A DNA stretch of 64,000 nt, taken from assembly GCA_036253495.1 (NCBI GenBank), contig GCA_036253495.1_4125.1. The stretch is one strand, 5' to 3'. Source of the DNA: a phage. The position numbers and the translations under genes are program-made. The notes under the pieces are model-generated. The model did not search any database and had not been told where the DNA came from. It saw only the letters and a list, made by a program, of their open reading frames with translations. Every line of letters begins with the position of its first letter. Within the stretch, counting starts at the first letter, position 1. Below are positions 17,873 through 27,442 of the stretch, piece after piece.

Positions 17873-18985
17873 ATGAAAAAATACCTTGTTGGTGGATACT
17901 GCCGCGACCGTCTAATGGGCATTCGTGCAAAGGACAAAGATTATGTCATTGTTGGTGCAACTGAATCTGATATAAAATACTTAGAAAGTATTGGATATAA
18001 ACAGGTTGGTAAAGATTTTCCAGTTTATCTAAGCCCAGAAGGTAACGAACACGCATTAGCCCGTACTGAACGAAAAACTGGTACTGGATACGGTGGCTTC
18101 GAAGTGGATACAAAAGGTGTAACACTGGAACAAGATTTGTATCGTCGTGATCTTACAATTAATGCAATCGCGTATGATCCAGTACTGCAAATTCACATCG
18201 ACCCATACGGTGGTAAAGCTGATATCAAGAATAAAGTACTACGCCATGTATCCGAGCACTTCAAAGAAGATCCATTGCGTGTATTACGTCTAGCTCGCTT
18301 TGCTACGCGTTATTCTGATTTCTCTATACACGAGACTACTGAAGCACTTGCAATCGATATGGTAGCGTCTGGTGAGCTAAATCACCTTGTTCCAGACCGT
18401 GTTTATGTTGAATTTGAAAAGGCATTGTCAGAAGAGAAGCCAGCTAAGTTCCTTAAAACACTAAGTAAGTTGGGTTACTATGAAAAAGCATTTAATGCTA
18501 CATTAACCAAAAAGTCATTGGAACTCATTGATCATATCTCTGATAATTGTACTGAAGCATATAAGCCATATTTCTTATGGTCTGTGCTTCTTGAGAAAGA
18601 AGAAGTTGGCGAGGATTCAGTACTGAATGGTGCTATTAAAATGCCCGTTAAGTACGTTAAATTCAGTAATTACATCAAACGTTTCCGTGATGATATCAAG
18701 GCATTCCGTAAAAAGACCCCAAATGAAATGGGACAATTATTACTGGATATGAATATCAAGAATAACGGCGGTGAAGAATTCCTTTACAAAGTACTGGAAT
18801 ATTTTATTCTACGTAAAGAGATTGATTTAGACCTTGAAGATTTAATCATTAAGGTATATGATCGTTACACTGATGTAGTACTTCCAGATATTCAACAACT
18901 GGTAAAAGACGGTGAGTTAGAAGCATCTGAAATCCGTGATTTTGTTTCAGATTTACGTTGTGAAGCAATTCAACAAATGTTTTAA
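17873..18985 (+). CDS. tRNA nucleotidyltransferase (CCA-adding enzyme) / poly(A) polymerase head-domain family
   Basis: LVGGYCRDRLMG...DKDY head-domain motif and RRDLTINAIAYD; ATG at 17873 after GGGAGA. Confidence 0.75.
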   Translation: MKKYLVGGYCRDRLMGIRAKDKDYVIVGATESDIKYLESIGYKQVGKDFPVYLSPEGNEHALARTERKTGTGYGGFEVDTKGVTLEQDLYRRDLTINAIAYDPVLQIHIDPYGGKADIKNKVLRHVSEHFKEDPLRVLRLARFATRYSDFSIHETTEALAIDMVASGELNHLVPDRVYVEFEKALSEEKPAKFLKTLSKLGYYEKAFNATLTKKSLELIDHISDNCTEAYKPYFLWSVLLEKEEVGEDSVLNGAIKMPVKYVKFSNYIKRFRDDIKAFRKKTPNEMGQLLLDMNIKNNGGEEFLYKVLEYFILRKEIDLDLEDLIIKVYDRYTDVVLPDIQQLVKDGELEASEIRDFVSDLRCEAIQQMF

Positions 18986-18990
18986 AACTC

Positions 18991-19019
18991 TGGGACAATA
19001 GAACGACTTCTGATATAAT
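18991..19019 (+). promoter_or_regulatory. promoter with extended -10 (TGGGAC-17-TATAAT, TGaTATAAT)
   Basis: Same architecture as the sites at 7476 and 37855; upstream of the Nudix gene. Confidence 0.5.
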
Positions 19020-19058
19020 AATTGTATCTGGGCATCATTGCTATTAAGAGATAAGATT

Positions 19059-19488
19059 ATGCGTTATAGTTGTGGCATTATATTTTATCGTGATGGTCAG
19101 ATACTTGTTGGACACACAACACGGACAGAAGCATTGGGATTTACCAAAAGGTAAAACCGAGGGCAATGAAACATTTGCTGAAGCTGCTGTTCGTGAGTGC
19201 TATGAAGAAACAGGATTTGAGATTGATGAAAAGGATCTTCTCTTATTAGGTGATGTATCATACAGGAAAGGGAAAAGATTAGTTTTATTTTTCTATACAG
19301 CTAAATACAAACCCGAACCGGATGAACTGAAGTGTAACAGTACTTATACCAATCGATATGGTAAAAGCCATCCAGAATTGGATAAATTCATGTACATTGA
19401 TGTTCAAGATTGTCAAAAGTATTTGACCGAACGAATGTGTAACAGTATAATTAAAGCTGTTAAATTGTTTCAAAAAAATAAAGGATAG
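19059..19488 (+). CDS. Nudix hydrolase, reading frame interrupted by an apparent 1-nt insertion near 19122
   Basis: Frame 0 from the ATG at 19059 gives MRYSCGIIFYRDGQILVGHTT... then stops at 19152; the Nudix box GKTEGNETFAEAAVRECYEETGFEI continues in the +1 frame. Confidence 0.55.
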
Positions 19489-19492
19489 TTAT

Positions 19493-19741
19493 ATGAAAGT
19501 GAAAATTTATGGTCGCACGACTGGTTGTAATTTCTGTGATACAGCAAAAGCAATTTGTGAGAACAATTCATTTGAAATGGATTTTATCGATGTGGTTTCT
19601 GAAGGTATTGATGGTGCTAAACTATCAGAAATTTGCGGTGAGCCAGTTCGTCAAGTTCCACAAATTTTCGTAAATGATGAGTATGTTCCTGGTGGATGTA
19701 CTGGTTTTGTTAACGGGCTAAAAGAAGGTCGCTGGAACTAA
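19493..19741 (+). CDS. nrdC: glutaredoxin/thioredoxin-like protein (T4 NrdC-like)
   Basis: 82 aa with an N-terminal C-N-F-C redox motif (GCNFCDTAK). Confidence 0.6.
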   Translation: MKVKIYGRTTGCNFCDTAKAICENNSFEMDFIDVVSEGIDGAKLSEICGEPVRQVPQIFVNDEYVPGGCTGFVNGLKEGRWN

Positions 19742-19980
19742 TGAATATCGATAAGGTATCATCACGAGCACGTGCATTGGCTGACAGTTTGGGAGTTAAA
19801 TTTGAAACTCCAGATATCAACCAATCAAAACAAAAAGCTCAAAAGAAAATTCATGAAATGAAAGAATACACATCAAGACGTGAAGAATACGATGCTGCTA
19901 TTTCTCACATTATTGAAGTGTTTAGTAAAGATGATATTTTAGCATTTATTGCTTCACATGAGGTTGTAAAAAACCCCTAA
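19741..19980 (+). CDS. hypothetical protein
   Basis: ORF with ATGA-type overlap to the upstream gene. Confidence 0.45.
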   Translation: MNIDKVSSRARALADSLGVKFETPDINQSKQKAQKKIHEMKEYTSRREEYDAAISHIIEVFSKDDILAFIASHEVVKNP

Positions 19981-20030
19981 ATAATATTGAAGAACAACAA
20001 GTTCTTCTTAACAATTTGGGAGATACTATT

Positions 20031-20273
20031 ATGCTCAGTTTTCGTGAACAATTAGCAAAAGGTCAATTTCAGACTAAAGCTCAAACAAATATTCCTAAAA
20101 AATCTGCATTCTTAGGAACAATTACGGAAGATGGTTATTGTGACTTCAATCCACCAGAAGATAGCTGGTATATTGAAAAAGACACAAAACGTAGTAATAG
20201 ACTTCACAAAAGTACAATAGCAAGAAAGCATCGAAAAGAATTGAAGAAAATTCGTTTCGGTGAAGAAGAATAA
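20031..20273 (+). CDS. hypothetical protein
   Basis: ATG at 20031 after GGGAGA; the listed ORF starts at an upstream TTG. Confidence 0.45.
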   Translation: MLSFREQLAKGQFQTKAQTNIPKKSAFLGTITEDGYCDFNPPEDSWYIEKDTKRSNRLHKSTIARKHRKELKKIRFGEEE

Positions 20274-20287
20274 CCTAATAATATAAA

Positions 20288-20317
20288 GGACTTGAGATTA
20301 TCGAGTCCTTTTCTTTT
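20288..20317 (+). terminator. rho-independent terminator
   Basis: ggacttgag-atta-tcgagtcc hairpin (one wobble) followed by a T-run. Confidence 0.5.
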
Positions 20318-20328
20318 CGGAGCACTAA

Positions 20329-20808
20329 ATGATACATGAACATAGCGGCAATCTGTTTGATTTATTCAGTACTGTTACTGATGATCAAACCGCGTTGCAT
20401 ATAATCGCTCATGGTTGTAATGCACAGGGTAAGATGGGTTCGGGTTTTGCAAAAGAATTAAGAAAGCGTCACCAATTGGCATATGATGTGTATCATACAC
20501 GTTATACCAATCAGAATGGTTTGAAATTGGGTGAAGTTGTCTATGCAGCACCAAATAATAACTTAATTATTGCAAACTGCATTACACAAGAGTATTATGG
20601 TAATGATGGTAAGAAGTATGTAAGTTATGATGCGATTGACCTTGCATTTAACTCGATGAATGAATTCATTAAAAATGAACCACAAGAGATCCATGTACAC
20701 TTCCCGAAAATTGGAGCCGATTTAGGCGGTGGTAACTGGAACGTTATCAAAGAAATCATTGACCACAGGCTGGTTAATGCTGAAAAACATTTATATATTC
20801 TCAAATAA
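20329..20808 (+). CDS. macro-domain-like protein (ADP-ribose binding/processing candidate)
   Basis: ALHIIAHGCNAQGKMGSGFA resembles the macro-domain AIVNAAN..L.GGGGV..AI loop, with a later Gly-rich FPKIGADLGGGNW segment. Confidence 0.4.
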   Translation: MIHEHSGNLFDLFSTVTDDQTALHIIAHGCNAQGKMGSGFAKELRKRHQLAYDVYHTRYTNQNGLKLGEVVYAAPNNNLIIANCITQEYYGNDGKKYVSYDAIDLAFNSMNEFIKNEPQEIHVHFPKIGADLGGGNWNVIKEIIDHRLVNAEKHLYILK

Positions 20809-20828
20809 ACAAAAAGGACTTGACAAAA

Positions 20829-21137
20829 ATGACTATTACCGTTAAACTACTAAACATCAACAACGTTGGCCCAGTACTAGCAGTTCTACAAACCGATGCT
20901 CCAGAAGCAGTAGTAGTTAACTACCCAGCACAGCTAGGTACTGACGAAAAAGGTGAAATCATTCTACGTGATTATCTAGAATTTATTAGTTCAGAAAAAG
21001 GTGTTATTTTCTTCAAATCTAACATCATCAGTATCAGTGATGCAAACCCTGCACTGGTTGATGCTTATGTTGAAGCAATTAAGACTCTAGAAGATAAGCC
21101 AGCGTTGATTGTCCCTGACAACAAAATCATCCTATAA
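20829..21137 (+). CDS. hypothetical protein
   Basis: ATG at 20829 after AAAGGA. Confidence 0.45.
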   Translation: MTITVKLLNINNVGPVLAVLQTDAPEAVVVNYPAQLGTDEKGEIILRDYLEFISSEKGVIFFKSNIISISDANPALVDAYVEAIKTLEDKPALIVPDNKIIL

Positions 21138-21149
21138 TAGAGGTATAAA

Positions 21150-21527
21150 ATGGCTGCTAATGAAGTGAAAGCAAAAACTATTCAAGCTATCGTAGTACTG
21201 AAAGGTAAAACCCCATCACCAAAAGAATTGGTTATGGCTGGCATGACTATGCTACATCAGTACAACCCAGCATCCCCTAACTATGTTCAAGAATATGAAG
21301 CCAAACAGTTTAAAGCTCATTGGGATTCATGGATTAAAGACAATGAACTGGAACAAGTTGTCTATGAAGCAGATGACATGGATGAAATGATGCAGATTGA
21401 ATATCTTGCGAATCAGCAGTCAGTACCACTAAGTATGTTTGGTAATGGGGAAGAGGTTCTAGTACTCGGCCCCTTCACTAAAAAAGATATTGAACACATT
21501 GTCACTAACTGTACAAAGATAAGTTAA
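21150..21527 (+). CDS. hypothetical protein
   Basis: ORF; no motif recognised. Confidence 0.5.
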   Translation: MAANEVKAKTIQAIVVLKGKTPSPKELVMAGMTMLHQYNPASPNYVQEYEAKQFKAHWDSWIKDNELEQVVYEADDMDEMMQIEYLANQQSVPLSMFGNGEEVLVLGPFTKKDIEHIVTNCTKIS

Positions 21528-21739
21528 TGAGCGATCATCTTTTAACAGGTGTTTATAATCATAAATTAATAGTCGGAAATACTCATTACTGGATTGAGCC
21601 AAATCAAGACTATATAATATACTATCATGATGGGAAACATATATATTCAGTTAGTATATTTGGTTTCCTTGATATGATAGATACTGAACACTTTGTTAAC
21701 TTAGTTTATTTGCGTTGTTGGTACGATAGACTAAGCTAA
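21527..21739 (+). CDS. hypothetical protein
   Basis: Short ORF with ATGA-type overlap. Confidence 0.4.
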   Translation: MSDHLLTGVYNHKLIVGNTHYWIEPNQDYIIYYHDGKHIYSVSIFGFLDMIDTEHFVNLVYLRCWYDRLS

Positions 21740-21753
21740 ATCAATAGCACCTC

Positions 21754-21770
21754 TAAATAATGTATATAAA
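21754..21770 (+). promoter_or_regulatory. late-promoter-like motif (TAAATAAT / TATATAAA)
   Basis: Resembles the T4 late consensus TATAAATA; about 25 nt upstream of the gene at 21791. Confidence 0.3.
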
Positions 21771-21790
21771 CATTAAAGAGGTGCTTTTTT

Positions 21791-22582
21791 ATGTCATATG
21801 ACTATATGGGTGGAAATCCAGATGCCCCAAATTACGATCACCGTGAAAAATTAAAAGATGTGATTACACAAATGTTGGGTGCTGGTGCTGTTGAAGTTGA
21901 AATTACTGATGGACAATTAGAAATCGCAATCGATAATGCGGTATCAAACTACAGAGCATGGAGTTCTGCATCAAAAGAAGAAGCTTTTTTAAGCATGAAA
22001 TTCTATGATTCTCAATCAGTTTACATGCTACCAACTGAAGTGGAAATTGTTAAGAAAATTTATCGTTATGGTAATGGTTATTTGAGTTCTGGTAGTGGTA
22101 ACTCAGTTGATCCATTTTCAATTGCATTTACAAACACATATCTACTAACGTCTGCTCGCAACGCTGGTGGTTATGATTTAACAACCTATGACTTCAGCTT
22201 CCAGTTTCAGGAATTAGTAGGTCGTATGTTTGGACGTGAGATTATTTTCCAGTTTAACCCTATGACTAAGAAACTGGTTATTGACCGTGATATTCGCGGC
22301 ACAGAAGAAGTACTGGTTCATGTGTATCATAACATCCCAGAACCACTACTATTCCAACGTCAAATGAGTTATCCGTGGCTTCGTGATTGGGCTTTATCGG
22401 AAGCGATGATTATGTTAGGTCGCAACCGTGCTAAGTTTGCTTCTTTGCCTGGACCACAAGGAACATTTTCAATGGATGGTGATACACTTCGTAATGAAGG
22501 TATGCAACTCCAGGAACAACTTAAAGAACAGTTGAAGAGATACAAAGATGGTGGTGAACCACTTGGTATGATTATTGGTTAA
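21791..22582 (+). CDS. hypothetical protein (possibly structural)
   Basis: ORF with a late-like motif upstream and a terminator downstream. Confidence 0.5.
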   Translation: MSYDYMGGNPDAPNYDHREKLKDVITQMLGAGAVEVEITDGQLEIAIDNAVSNYRAWSSASKEEAFLSMKFYDSQSVYMLPTEVEIVKKIYRYGNGYLSSGSGNSVDPFSIAFTNTYLLTSARNAGGYDLTTYDFSFQFQELVGRMFGREIIFQFNPMTKKLVIDRDIRGTEEVLVHVYHNIPEPLLFQRQMSYPWLRDWALSEAMIMLGRNRAKFASLPGPQGTFSMDGDTLRNEGMQLQEQLKEQLKRYKDGGEPLGMIIG

Positions 22583-22591
22583 AATAAAAAA

Positions 22592-22616
22592 AGACTCCAT
22601 GTTGGGGTCTTTTTTC
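22592..22616 (+). terminator. rho-independent terminator
   Basis: agactcc-atgtt-ggggtct hairpin followed by TTTTT. Confidence 0.5.
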
Positions 22617-22631
22617 ATATACGGTGATATA

Positions 22632-22889
22632 ATGACAATTGAATATGCAAAATTCAGATGTGGAAAATTAAGCGACAATTATTTCGAATCAGAACAGTAC
22701 TGGCGATTTATCAAAAATGCATTAGTAGATGTATTCACCAGGGATGTAATTAACGCATGGGCAAGTATATGCAGGGATGATAATGGAAAAACATTTTATG
22801 TTGTATATGTGTCAGTATACAACGGTAATGAAACTATTATTGATATAGTTAGAAGCTTAGTTGGTGATGAATATATGAAGGAAGTGTAA
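22632..22889 (+). CDS. hypothetical protein
   Basis: Listed ORF 22575..22889 spans the upstream terminator; the in-frame ATG at 22632 is the more plausible start, but no clear RBS. Confidence 0.3.
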   Translation: MTIEYAKFRCGKLSDNYFESEQYWRFIKNALVDVFTRDVINAWASICRDDNGKTFYVVYVSVYNGNETIIDIVRSLVGDEYMKEV

Positions 22890-22891
22890 CT

Positions 22892-23518
22892 ATGGAAAGA
22901 AAAATCGTAGCCATCAATGGCTCAATAGGAAGTGGTAAAGATACATACGCTAAAACATTCATCGATAATGGATATACCCGTATGTCGTTTGCAAAGAACC
23001 TGAAAGATTCAGTTGCAGCTATTTTTGGCTGGGACAGGGAAATGCTTGAAGGAACTACTAAAGAAGGTCGTGCTATTCGTGAACAACCGGATCAGTACTG
23101 GTGTAATAAATTAGGACGTGATGATGTTTCACCACGTTGGGTACTGCAAAATTACGGTACTAATGTAGTTCGTCGTTATTTGCATAATGACATTTGGGTA
23201 TTCAGTTTAGAACGTTCTATGATGGAAATAGAAGGTAACATTATCATTACTGATTGTCGTTTTCCAAATGAATTGAAAATGATTCGTGAAAATAACGGTA
23301 TCATCATTGAAGTTCAACGTAATTTACCATTCTGGTATGGTCTAGCAGCATCATACAATAAAGGTGATATCCAAATGAAACCAGTTGAACTGGAATCAGT
23401 ACATGAATCTGAATGGGCATGGATTGGTATTAACAACCCACATTATATTATCAAGAATAATGGAACTATAAAAGACCTAGAAAACAAAGCACTGGATATT
23501 ATTTATACGAAAAACTGA
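22892..23518 (+). CDS. deoxynucleoside monophosphate kinase (T4 gp1-like)
   Basis: P-loop INGSIGSGKDT and overall pattern resemble the T4 gene 1 dNMP kinase. Confidence 0.55.
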   Translation: MERKIVAINGSIGSGKDTYAKTFIDNGYTRMSFAKNLKDSVAAIFGWDREMLEGTTKEGRAIREQPDQYWCNKLGRDDVSPRWVLQNYGTNVVRRYLHNDIWVFSLERSMMEIEGNIIITDCRFPNELKMIRENNGIIIEVQRNLPFWYGLAASYNKGDIQMKPVELESVHESEWAWIGINNPHYIIKNNGTIKDLENKALDIIYTKN

Positions 23519-23612
23519 TAAAAAATCAATTAGCTCAAGTCAATTAAATCCACCAATAAATAAGACTATACGAAATATATTCGAATAACCAATTATTTTT
23601 GGAGGATTTAAT

Positions 23613-26276
23613 ATGGCAGGAGAACTCCTATCGCCTGGCGTTTCCATTTCAGTTACTGATGAAAGTATGAGCACTGCTTCCGCACCTGGAACAGTACCAC
23701 TATTCATCATTGCTACCGCAGAAGATAAATTAGTACCAGGTAGCAACACAATCGCTGCTGGAACCACAAAAGCAAATGCTGGTAAGTTGCAACTTCTAAC
23801 TTCTCAGAAAAGTTCACTAGACACTTACGGCACACCGATTTTTCAATCAAGTAATGGTTCAGTTGTTCAAGGTGACGAACTAAACGAATACGGCCTACAT
23901 GCTGCTTATTCTTACCTTGGTATTACTAACCGTGCTTATGTTGTACGTGCAGATATCGACTTAGCACAACTATCACCTTCTGCTACTGCTCCAACTGGTC
24001 CAGTACCAAACGGTACATTGTGGCTAGATGTTGCTCAATCACAAGTTGAAGCATATGTTTCTAAAGTGGATTCACCAACCAGTTTCTATGACTGGCAACT
24101 AAAACCAGTAACTATTGTTAGTGCTGAAGAAGTTAGTGATGTTAGCCTAGTTGGTATTAACGTTGACGATCTAGTACTACGTTATAAGCCAAGCAATGGT
24201 CAAATGCTAATGTACAAACGTGCAGCATCTGGTCTAGTTCAAGTTGAAACTTACCTTTCACCAATCAACAAAGTACCAGTAGGTAATACAGTTGAGAAAG
24301 GTAATATCTGGATTCGTGATGGTTACACTCAAAATGGTGCTAATTACTTCGGTACTCGTTTTGTTATTAAACGTTATGCATCCCTAACTCAAGTTTGGAA
24401 TCAAGTACAAGCATTCACTGGTAACAGTTTCCAAGAAATTGAATCCAAAAGTGGTGTTCTAAATAACAGCTTCATCGCTACTCGTTTTGACTGGGATAGT
24501 AAGAGTTTCTCTTTCTATATTCAAAGTGCAAAACTACCAGCACTAAGTGCTCCAGCGATTCCAGTTGGTGAAACTGTAGTTGTTCAAGCAGACCAAGATT
24601 CTTACTTGACTTTCTCTTATTTGACCAAAACTGTTAAAGTACTAGCAGTTGCACTAGGTGGTGTTATTAACACTCAAACTATTCTTGACAATCTAAATGC
24701 TTCATCTGAACTAATCAATGATGGCTTTAAATTTAAAAGAGAAAGTAATGGTGGCCTAGTAATTAATAGTTCTAAAGGTTATAGTTTCAAAACTGCACAA
24801 AGTGGTAGTGTACTATTTGATGAAGATGAATTTGCAAAACTAACTGTTGATAGTAATAACTATGCTTTGATTAACGTTAACAATTTCCGTGTTGATAGTA
24901 ACGTTCCACGTAGTATCGCTAAAGAAGGTACTCTATGGTATGATTTCAGTAATTCTGATAATCTAAATGTTACCATGTATCTAGCTGATGTTGCTAATGA
25001 CAAATGGGTTGAAGTTGACGAAGCTAACAAATATGTGCAAGTTGACGAACCTGCTGCTGACCGTACAATCTGGGTTTCTCCTAAATCACAAGGTATTGAT
25101 GGCTACGATTTCTATCGTAATGTTAATGGTGAGTGGGTTAAACTTGACAGTACTGATCAAAGTACACTAAACGGTATGATCTTCAAGGACTTTAACTTCC
25201 CTGAACAAGTTCCAGCGGCTGCTCTATACCAAAACGGTATGCTCGCAATCGACCTTGGAAATACTGAAGGTGTGGTTAAGAAAATGATCGATGGATTTTG
25301 GCATGTTGTCAGTGGTGTTGGTCTTGATGGGAATGGCTTGTTTGGTCGTGCTGCTCAACGCCAATTGGTTGTAGAAGCACTAAATGCAGTTATCGTTGGA
25401 AACGATGATATCCGTTCTGAATTCATTGACTTTAACCTAATTTCTGTTCCTGGTTATGTTGAATGTTTAGATGAGTGTGTGACCCTAAACACCGACCGTA
25501 AAGAAACTGCTTTCATCGTAACTGATGTTCCAGCACGTTTGAACCCAACTGGTAACGGTAATGCTGTTCAACAATGGGCAACTAACGCAAATAACGCACC
25601 AAGTAATGGTGATGTTGGTCGTACTACTGCATATGATTATGCTGCTCAATATATGGGCTGGTGCTTAAGTACTAACGTTGATGGTGAAGAAGTTGCAGTT
25701 CCTGGCAGTACTATTGCAATGCGTACCTATGCATACAGCGACAGCGTAAGTTATGTATGGTATCCACCTGCTGGTACTACTCGTGGTGTTGTAACAAACG
25801 CTGCATCTGTAGGCTTCATCAATGATGAAGGTGAATATCAGCCAGTAGTTTATAACCAAGGTCAACGTGATGTAATGTACACCAACAACATTAACCCAAT
25901 TGCAATGCGTCCAAATCGTGGTTTGCTAGTATATGGTGATAAAACACTATCTCCTAACCAAACTTCCGCATTAAGCCGTGTTAACGTTGCACGTTTAGTA
26001 GTGTATATTCGTCGTCAACTAGAAATTATTTCTGAACCATTCCTATTCCGTTTGAATACTCCAAGTACTCGTCAGGAATTCAGTGGTGTAGTTAATAGCT
26101 TCCTAGCTGAAATCGTTCAACAACAAGGTCTATATAACTTCGCAGTTGTTTGTGATGAAAGTAACAACACCTCCGAGCGTATTGACCGTAACGAACTTTG
26201 GATGGATATCGCAATCCAACCTACTAAGTCTATCAACTTCATTTACGTACCGATTCGTATTGAAAAGACTCAATAA
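23613..26276 (+). CDS. contractile tail sheath protein
   Basis: N-terminal LLSPGV motif and C-terminal YGDKTLSP...VVCDESNNTSERIDRNEL...IQPTKSINFIYV resemble the T4 gp18 sheath; 887 aa. Confidence 0.85.
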   Translation: MAGELLSPGVSISVTDESMSTASAPGTVPLFIIATAEDKLVPGSNTIAAGTTKANAGKLQLLTSQKSSLDTYGTPIFQSSNGSVVQGDELNEYGLHAAYSYLGITNRAYVVRADIDLAQLSPSATAPTGPVPNGTLWLDVAQSQVEAYVSKVDSPTSFYDWQLKPVTIVSAEEVSDVSLVGINVDDLVLRYKPSNGQMLMYKRAASGLVQVETYLSPINKVPVGNTVEKGNIWIRDGYTQNGANYFGTRFVIKRYASLTQVWNQVQAFTGNSFQEIESKSGVLNNSFIATRFDWDSKSFSFYIQSAKLPALSAPAIPVGETVVVQADQDSYLTFSYLTKTVKVLAVALGGVINTQTILDNLNASSELINDGFKFKRESNGGLVINSSKGYSFKTAQSGSVLFDEDEFAKLTVDSNNYALINVNNFRVDSNVPRSIAKEGTLWYDFSNSDNLNVTMYLADVANDKWVEVDEANKYVQVDEPAADRTIWVSPKSQGIDGYDFYRNVNGEWVKLDSTDQSTLNGMIFKDFNFPEQVPAAALYQNGMLAIDLGNTEGVVKKMIDGFWHVVSGVGLDGNGLFGRAAQRQLVVEALNAVIVGNDDIRSEFIDFNLISVPGYVECLDECVTLNTDRKETAFIVTDVPARLNPTGNGNAVQQWATNANNAPSNGDVGRTTAYDYAAQYMGWCLSTNVDGEEVAVPGSTIAMRTYAYSDSVSYVWYPPAGTTRGVVTNAASVGFINDEGEYQPVVYNQGQRDVMYTNNINPIAMRPNRGLLVYGDKTLSPNQTSALSRVNVARLVVYIRRQLEIISEPFLFRLNTPSTRQEFSGVVNSFLAEIVQQQGLYNFAVVCDESNNTSERIDRNELWMDIAIQPTKSINFIYVPIRIEKTQ

Positions 26277-26284
26277 CACACTAA

Positions 26285-26308
26285 GGGAACCATATGGTTC
26301 CCTTTTTT
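26285..26308 (+). terminator. rho-independent terminator
   Basis: gggaacc-atat-ggttccc hairpin followed by TTTTTT. Confidence 0.65.
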
Positions 26309-26354
26309 ATTGTTTAAATTAAATACCATATATTCAGTAAGGTGAGAGGGATAT

Positions 26355-26525
26355 ATGGACGAAATAATTAAAAGTATCCTGCAAGAATTGGCCTTTAATT
26401 CAGAATCACAAGAAGAAGCCCAAAATCTTATAGAAGCCTTAATGGAAGTATTAAAAGATGTGGGTATTGTGAGTGATTTTTCTGCTTATACAAATGGCAG
26501 ATGGTCAGTTCGGTGTAAGGTTTAA
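26355..26525 (+). CDS. small acidic hypothetical protein (56 aa)
   Basis: Unlisted short ORF with a GAGAGGG RBS, between sheath and tube genes. Confidence 0.25.
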   Translation: MDEIIKSILQELAFNSESQEEAQNLIEALMEVLKDVGIVSDFSAYTNGRWSVRCKV

Positions 26526-26626
26526 GCTATATACTGGTGAATTCCAGTACACATATTGTATTAATATGGATTGGTTCCCTATAGATAAAACATATCATTA
26601 AGTACTACATAAAGTATGTTAATTTT

Positions 26627-26634
26627 TATAAATA
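26627..26634 (+). promoter_or_regulatory. T4-type late promoter motif TATAAATA
   Basis: Exact TATAAATA about 38 nt upstream of the tube-like gene start. Confidence 0.35.
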
Positions 26635-26671
26635 ATATAAAGATCTCATTTCCTAATAGGAGAATTAATTA

Positions 26672-27355
26672 ATGGCTACTATGCTAGATCGATATGGCGT
26701 TCCGCTTGCTGGTGGTGGTCGTATTTCAATGAAACAACCAAAAGCAAAATATAAATTCCGTGTAATTTTCTTTGGTTTTGGTGCCAATGATGATGGCAAC
26801 ATGATTACACTAGATACAAACACTGTTGGTGCAGTATCTGTATCGCATGAAAACGTAACTGTTCATAGTTATAACAGTTCCGCACACTATAAAGGCAAAT
26901 ATACTTGGGATGCGATTGAAGTTGCTTTCCGTGATTCAGTTGGTAATGCTTCAGCAAAAGCACTTTACAACCAAATGCGTAAAGAATTCAACTACTATAG
27001 TCAAGAATCTCGTATGACTGATTCCCAGTTTAAATTTGAAATGTGGATTCAAGAACTAGATGGTTCTAACAGCGAAAATGCAACAAACCTTTTTGAAGGT
27101 ACTCTAAGTACTTGGGTTTGTCAGGGTTGCTTTATTGAATCCAGCAACTTTGGTGATTGGGATTATTCTTCAAGCGAAGCACAAGTTATTACAATGAGTG
27201 TTCAACCAGATGGTTGTGCTAAGTTGGGTCCAAACGGTGAAGCATTCGGTGATGAAGTTACTGGTTTCGGTAATCCAAGTACTGCATCTTCTATTAGTGG
27301 TGCACAAACCAACATTAGTAGTACTACACTACCTGATACAAACTTCTTTGATTAA
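26672..27355 (+). CDS. putative tail tube protein (paralog A)
   Basis: Directly downstream of the sheath gene; N-terminus GVPLAGGGR..KQPKAKYKFRVI is shared with the next ORF. Confidence 0.45.
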   Translation: MATMLDRYGVPLAGGGRISMKQPKAKYKFRVIFFGFGANDDGNMITLDTNTVGAVSVSHENVTVHSYNSSAHYKGKYTWDAIEVAFRDSVGNASAKALYNQMRKEFNYYSQESRMTDSQFKFEMWIQELDGSNSENATNLFEGTLSTWVCQGCFIESSNFGDWDYSSSEAQVITMSVQPDGCAKLGPNGEAFGDEVTGFGNPSTASSISGAQTNISSTTLPDTNFFD

Positions 27356-27371
27356 TTAAAGATACTTCTAA

Positions 27372-27401
27372 AGCCTCGAAACTATTTCGGGGCTTTTTTT
27401 A
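27372..27401 (+). terminator. rho-independent terminator
   Basis: agcctcgaaa-ctat-ttcggggct hairpin followed by TTTTTTT. Confidence 0.6.
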
Positions 27402-27442
27402 TGCTAAATAAAGTATAATACCTTAAATTAAAAGAGGTTGCT

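Noticed and set aside
22603-22632. Possible TGGGGT ... TGaTATAAT promoter overlapping the start of ORF 22632
   Set aside because: It would place the transcription start downstream of the only plausible ATG, making the gene leaderless; the evidence is conflicting, so it was not called.
23540-26000. Small ORFs inside or antisense to the tail sheath gene (23540..23767 -, 24988..25170 +, 25665..25865 -)
   Set aside because: Fully embedded in the well-supported sheath ORF, with no RBS or motifs; treated as spurious.
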